From contig JAYWIR010000105.1 in assembly GCA_036172245.1 (NCBI GenBank), positions 124,001 to 180,460 of the forward strand: 56,460 nt of DNA, in the 5' to 3' direction. Shown here in pieces: positions 50,901 through 56,460 of this stretch. This DNA is from Raillietiella orientalis (lineage: Eukaryota). The notes under the pieces are model-generated. The model had not been told where the DNA came from and did not search any database. It saw only the letters and a list, made by a program, of their open reading frames with translations. Within the stretch, counting starts at the first letter, position 1. Every line of letters begins with the position of its first letter. Made by a program: the position numbers and the translations under genes.

Positions 50901-52611
50901 GGAATGGCTTTCGGCTCTCCATAAAGGGGATTTGCCACTCACTGCAAAAGGATGCTTCGTGCTGAGGCGCAAAAGGCCAATGGTGAAATCTTCTGTTTTC
51001 TAACTGATTACAAATCCCCAAAAGCTGCAAAGTTGGACCGCATAATGAATGAGAGCGAAGGAGAATATTCCCCTTGTAAGTCCGACACTGGTTACCATGA
51101 AAACAAGACAGAAAGCAAAGTGCCACGCCCTAATGAAATTTCGAACTCTTGTTAATCATCCTCTGAAAGCAGAAATTGGAAGGGCATTCGGCTCTCCATG
51201 GAAGGGATTCGCCACTCACTGCAAAAGGTTGCTTCGTGAAGTGGTGCAAAAGTGCAATGGTGAAATCTTCTGTTTTCTAACTGATTACATATCCCCAAAA
51301 GCTGCAAAGTTGGACCACATAATAAATGAGAGCGAAGGAGAACATTAACCTTTTGAGTCCCCTACTGGTTACCATGAAAACAAGACAGAGTCCAAAGTGC
51401 CACGCCCTAATGAAATTTCGAACTCTTGTTATTCATCCTCTGAAAGCAGAAATTGGAATGGCTTTCGGCTCTCCATAAAGGGGATTTGCCACTCACTGCA
51501 AAAGGATGCTTCGTGCTGATGCGCAAAAGGGCAATGGTGAAATCTTCTGTTTTCTAATTGTTTACAAATCCCAAAAAGCTGCAAAGTTGGACCACATAAT
51601 GAATGGGAGCGAAGAAGAATATTCCCCTTGTAAGTCGGACACTGGTTACTATGAAAACAAGACAGAGGGCAAAGTGCCACGCCCTAATGAAATTTCGAAC
51701 TCTTGTTAATCATCCTCTGAAAGCAGAAATTGGAATGGCTTTCGGCTCTCCATAAAGGGGATTTGCCACTCACTGCAAAAGGATGCTTCGTGCTGAGGCG
51801 CAAAAGGGCAATGGTGAAATCTTCTGTTTTCTTACTGACTACAAATCCTCAAAAGCTGCAAAGTTGGACCGCATAATAAATGAGAGCGAAGGAGAATATT
51901 CCCCTGGTAAGTCCGCCACTGGTTACCATGAAAACAAAACAGAGTAAAAGTGCCACGCCCAAATGAAATTTCGAACTTTTTTTAATCATCCTCTGAAAGC
52001 CGAAATTGTTAGGGCTTTCGGCTCTCCATAAAAGGGATTTGCCACTCACTGCAAAAGGATGCTTCGTGCTGAGGCGCAAAAGGGCAATGGTGAAATCTTC
52101 TGTTTTCTAACTGATTACATATCCCCAAAAGCTGCAAAGTTGGACCACATAATAAATGAGAGCGAAGGAGAACATTAACCTTTTGAGTCCCCTACTGGTT
52201 ACCATGAAAACATGACAGAGTCAAAAGTGCCACGCCCTAATGAAGTTTCGAGCTCTTGTTAATCATCCTCTGAAAGCAGAAATTGGAATGGCTTTCGGCT
52301 CTCCATAAAGGGGATTTGCCACTCACTGCAAAAGGATGCTTCGTGCTGAGGCGCAAAAGGGCAATGGTGAAATCTTCTGTTTTCTAACTGATTACAAATC
52401 CCCCAAAGCTGCAAAGTTGGACCGCATAATAAATGAGAGCGAAAGAGAATATTCCTTTTGTAAGTCCGCCACTGGTTACCATGAAAACAAGACAGAGTAA
52501 AAGTGCCACGCCCTAATGAAATTTCGAACTCTTGTTAATCATCCTCTGAAAGCAGAAATTGGAAGGGCTTTCGGCTATCCGTGAAAAAGATTTGCCACTA
52601 ACTGCAAAACG
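47907..52611. repeat. 17-monomer higher-order repeat unit, copy B (4705 bp)
   Basis: Same monomer order and private alleles as 43202-47906 (e.g. AGGTTGCTTCGTGAAGTGG, GCGAAGAAGAAT, TTGCCATTGT). The exception is monomers 8-9 (49844, 50121). Confidence 0.92.
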
Positions 52612-55600
52612 ATGCTTCGTGAAGAGGTGCAAAAGTGCAATGGTGAAATCTTTTGTTTTCTAATTTCTTACATATCCGCAAAAGCTGCAAAGTTGGACCA
52701 CGTAGTCAATGAGAGCGAAGGTGAATATTCCCGTTGTAAGTCCGACACTGGTTACCATGAAAACGAGACAGAGTCCAAAGTGCCACGCCCTAATGAAATT
52801 TCGATCTCTTCTTAATCATCCTCTGAAAGCAGAGATTGGAAGGGCTTCGGCTCTCCATGAAAAAGATTTGCCACTCACTGCAAAAGGATGCTTCGTGCTG
52901 AGGCGCAAAAGGGCAATGGTGAAATCTTCTGTTTTCTAATTGTTTACAAATCCCGAAAAGCTGCAAAGTTGGACCGCATAATGAATGGGAGCGAAGGAGA
53001 ATATTCCCCTTGTAAGTCCGACACTGGTTACTATGAAAACAAGACAGAGTGCAAAGTGCCACGCCCTAATGAAATTTCGAACTCTTGTTAATCATCCTCT
53101 GAAAGCAGAAATTGGAAGGGCTTTCGGCTCTCCATGAAAAGGATTCGCCACTCACTGCAAAAGGATGCTTCGTAAAGAGGTGCAAAAGTGCAATGGTGAA
53201 AACTTCTGTTTTCTAATTGAATACAAATCCCCAAAAGCTGCAAAGTTGGACCACATAATGAATAAGAGCGAAGGAGAACATTCCCCTTGTAAGTCCGACA
53301 CTGGTTACCATGAAAACAAGACAGAGTCCAAAGTGACACGCCCTAATGAAATTTCGAACTCTTCTTATTCATCCTCTGAAAGCAGAAATTGGAAGGGCTT
53401 TCGGCTCTCCATGAAAAGGATTTGCCACTCACTGCAAAACGATGCTTCGTGAAGTGGTACAAAAGTGCAATGGTGAAATCCTCAGTTTTCTAATTGAATA
53501 CAAATCCCCAAAAGCTGCAAATTTGGACCACATAATGAATGGGAGCGAAGGAGAATATTCCCCTTGTAAGTCCGACACTGGTTACTATGAAAACAAGACA
53601 GAGTGCAAAGTGCCACGCCCTAATTGTTTACATATCCCGAAAAGCTGCAAAGTTGGACCGCATAATAAATGAGAGCGAAGGAGAATATTCCCTTTGTAAG
53701 TCCGACACTGGTTACCATGAAAACAAGACAGAGTGCAAAGTGCCACGCCCAAATGAAATTTCGAACTCTTGTTAATCATCCTCTGAAAGCAGAAATTGGA
53801 AGGGCTTTCGGCTCTCCATGAAAGGGATTCGCCACTCACTGCAATAGGATGCTTCGTGAAGAGGTGCAAAAGTGCAATGGTGAAATCTTTTGTTTTCTAA
53901 TTTCTTACATATCCGCAAAAGCTGCAAAGTTGGAGCACGTAATCAATGAGAGCGAATGTGAATATTCCCCTTGTAAGTCCGCTACTGGTTACCATGAAAA
54001 CAAGACAGAGTCCAAAGTGCCACGCCCTAATGAAATTTCGAACTTTTCTTAATCATCCTCTGAAAGCCGAAATTGTTAGGGCTTTCGGCTCTCCATAAAA
54101 GGGATTTGCCACTCACTGCAAAAGGATGCTTCGTGAAGAGGTGCAAAAGTGCAATGGTGAAATCCTCAGTTTTTTAATTGAATACAAATCCCCAAAAGCT
54201 GCAAAGTTGGACCACATAATGAATGGGAGCGAAGGAGAATATTCCCCTTGTTAGTCCGACACTGGTTACTATGAAAACAAGACAGAGTGCAAAGTGCCAC
54301 GCCCTAATGAAATTTTGAACTCTTGTTAATCATCCTCTGAAAGCAGAAATTGGAATGGCTTTCGGCTCTCCATAAAGGGGATTTGCCACTCACTGCAAAA
54401 GGATGCTTCGTGCTGAGGCGCAAAAGGGCAATGGTGAAATCTTCTGTTTTCTAACTGATTACAAATCCCCAAAAGCTGCAAAGTTGGACCGCATAATGAA
54501 TGAGAGCGAAGGAGAATATTCCCCTTGTAAGTCCGACACTGGTTACCATGAAAACAAGACAGAAAGCAAAGTGCCACGCCCTAATGAAATTTCGAACTCT
54601 TGTTAATCATCCTCTGAAAGCAGAAATTGGAAGGGCTTTCGGCTCTCCATGAAAGGGATTCGCCACTCACTGCAATAGGATGCTTCGTGAAGAGGTGCAA
54701 AAGTGCAATGGTGATATCTTTTGTTTTCTAATTTCTTACATATCCGCAAAAGCTGCAAAGTTGGAGCACGTAATCAATGAGAGCGAATGTGAATATTCCC
54801 CTTGTAAGTCCGCTACTGGTTACCATGAAAACAAGACAGAGTCCAAAGTGCCACGCCCTAATGAAATTTCGAACTTTTCTTAATCATCCTCTGAAAGCCG
54901 AAATTGTTAGGGCTTTCGGCTCTCCATAAAAGGGATTTGCCACTCACTGCAAAAGGATGCTTCGTGAAGAGGTGCAAAAGTGCAATGGTGAAATCCTCAG
55001 TTTTTTAATTGAATACAAATCCCCAAAAGCTGCAAAGTTGGACCACATAATGAATGGGAGCGAAGGAGAATATTCCCCTTGTAAGTCGGACACTGGTTAC
55101 TATGAAAACAAGACAGAGGGCAAAGTGCCACGCCCTAATGAAATTTCGAACTCTTGTTAATCATCCTCTGAAAGCAGAAATTGGAATGGCTTTCGGCTCT
55201 CCATAAAGGGGATTTGCCACTCACTGCAAAAGGATGCTTCGTGCTGAGGCGCAAAAGGGCAATGGTGAAATCTTCTGTTTTCTTACTGACTACAAATCCT
55301 CAAAAGCTGCAAAGTTGGACCGCATAATAAATGAGAGCGAAGGAGAATATTCCCCTGGTAAGTCCGCCACTGGTTACCATGAAAACAAAACAGAGTAAAA
55401 GTGCCACGCCCAAATGAAATTTCGAACTTTTTTTAATCATCCTCTGAAAGCCGAAATTGTTAGGGCTTTCGGCTCTCCATAAAAGGGATTTGCCACTCAC
55501 TGCAAAAGGATGCTTCGTGCTGAGGCGCAAAAGGGCAATGGTGAAATCTTCTGTTTTCTAACTGATTACATATCCCCAAAAGCTGCAAAGTTGGACCACA

Positions 55601-56062
55601 TAATAAATGAGAGCGAAGGAGAACATTAACCTTTTGAGTCCCCTACTGGTTACCATGAAAACATGACAGAGTCAAAAGTGCCACGCCCTAATGAAGTTTC
55701 GAGCTCTTGTTAATCATCCTCTGAAAGCAGAAATTGGAATGGCTTTCGGCTCTCCATAAAGGGGATTTGCCACTCACTGCAAAAGGATGCTTCGTGCTGA
55801 GGCGCAAAAGGGCAATGGTGAAATCTTCTGTTTTCTAACTGATTACAAATCCCCCAAAGCTGCAAAGTTGGACCGCATAATAAATGAGAGCGAAAGAGAA
55901 TATTCCTTTTGTAAGTCCGCCACTGGTTACCATGAAAACAAGACAGAGTAAAAGTGCCACGCCCTAATGAAATTTCGAACTCTTGTTAATCATCCTCTGA
56001 AAGCAGAAATTGGAAGGGCTTTCGGCTATCCGTGAAAAAGATTTGCCACTAACTGCAAAACG
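52612..56062. repeat. Truncated 14-mer HOR variant (3451 bp) carrying a 423-bp out-of-register deletion
   Basis: Marker spacing 52612->56063 = 3451 = 4705 - 831 - 423. The junction GCCACGCCCTAATTGTTTAC is at ~53612-53631. Confidence 0.85.
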
Positions 56063-56460
56063 ATGCTTCGTGAAGAGGTGCAAAAGTGCAATGGTGAAAT
56101 CTTTTGTTTTCTAATTTCTTACATATCCGCAAAAGCTGCAAAGTTGGACCACGTAGTCAATGAGAGCGAAGGTGAATATTCCCATTGTAAGTCCGACACT
56201 GGTTACCATGAAAACGAGACAGAGTCCAAAGTGCCACGCCCTAATGAAATTTCGATCTCTTCTTAATCATCCTCTGAAAGCAGAGATTGGAAGGGCTTCG
56301 GCTCTCCATGAAAAAGATTTGCCACTCACTGCAAAAGGATGCTTCGTGCTGAGGCGCAAAAGGGCAATGGTGAAATCTTCTGTTTTCTAATTGTTTACAA
56401 ATCCCGAAAAGCTGCAAAGTTGGACCGCATAATGAATGGGAGCGAAGGAGAATATTCCCC

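Larger units (their letters stand above)
1..56460. repeat. Tandem satellite array, 276-277 bp monomer, ~204 head-to-tail copies, single orientation, running off both window ends
   Basis: Invariant motifs (GCCACTCACTG, CAATGGTGAAATC, GCTGCAAAGTTGGA, CTGGTTAC, AAAGTGCCACGCCC, TAATCATCCTCTGAAAGC) recur every 276-277 bp. Homologous ORF starts are spaced by 277 or its multiples (e.g. 591, 868, 1145; 3356, 3633, 3910, 4187). No unique sequence is present. Confidence 0.99.

Noticed and set aside
38..56390. Hundreds of 60-140 aa ORFs on both strands as a tandem gene family
   Set aside because: They overlap in several frames, follow the monomer period, have no recognisable domain, and are freely broken by stops and frameshifts that are copied along with the HOR.
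1..56460. CRISPR array or cassette system (conserved blocks alternating with variable blocks)
   Set aside because: Variable segments are homologous alleles, not unique spacers. The period is 277 bp, and there are no cas, integrase, recombinase or reverse transcriptase genes in the window.
1..56460. 5S rDNA, snRNA or spliced-leader tandem gene array
   Set aside because: The unit size is compatible, but I see no 5S, U-snRNA or SL conserved sequence. An Rfam/Infernal scan would be the definitive test.
1..56460. Inversions, transposon insertions or telomeric repeats
   Set aside because: All monomers are co-oriented, and no non-satellite insert or short telomere-type repeat was seen.

Overview
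The whole 56.46-kb window is one uninterrupted, head-to-tail satellite DNA array of about 204 copies of a 276-277 bp monomer, all in the same orientation. It looks like a eukaryotic centromeric or pericentromeric satellite, but the organism and function cannot be determined from the sequence. I find no credible gene, RNA gene, transposon or CRISPR array; the many 67/83-aa ORFs are by-products of the monomer. The informative signal is architectural. (i) The monomer appears to be an ancient ~145+~132 bp dimer and carries an 18-bp dyad. (ii) Variation falls into a few multi-base allele blocks that are shuffled combinatorially. (iii) A left domain (~1-21.2 kb) has irregular block duplications, a middle zone is transitional, and a right domain (~30.5-56.5 kb) is a higher-order repeat (HOR) with a 4705-bp 17-mer plus 14-mer, 9-mer and composite variants. 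(iv) There is one register-breaking deletion at a CTAAT microhomology (~53620). (v) Several foreign or consensus-like monomer islands and indel-rich patches are either gene conversion or assembly/polishing artefacts.
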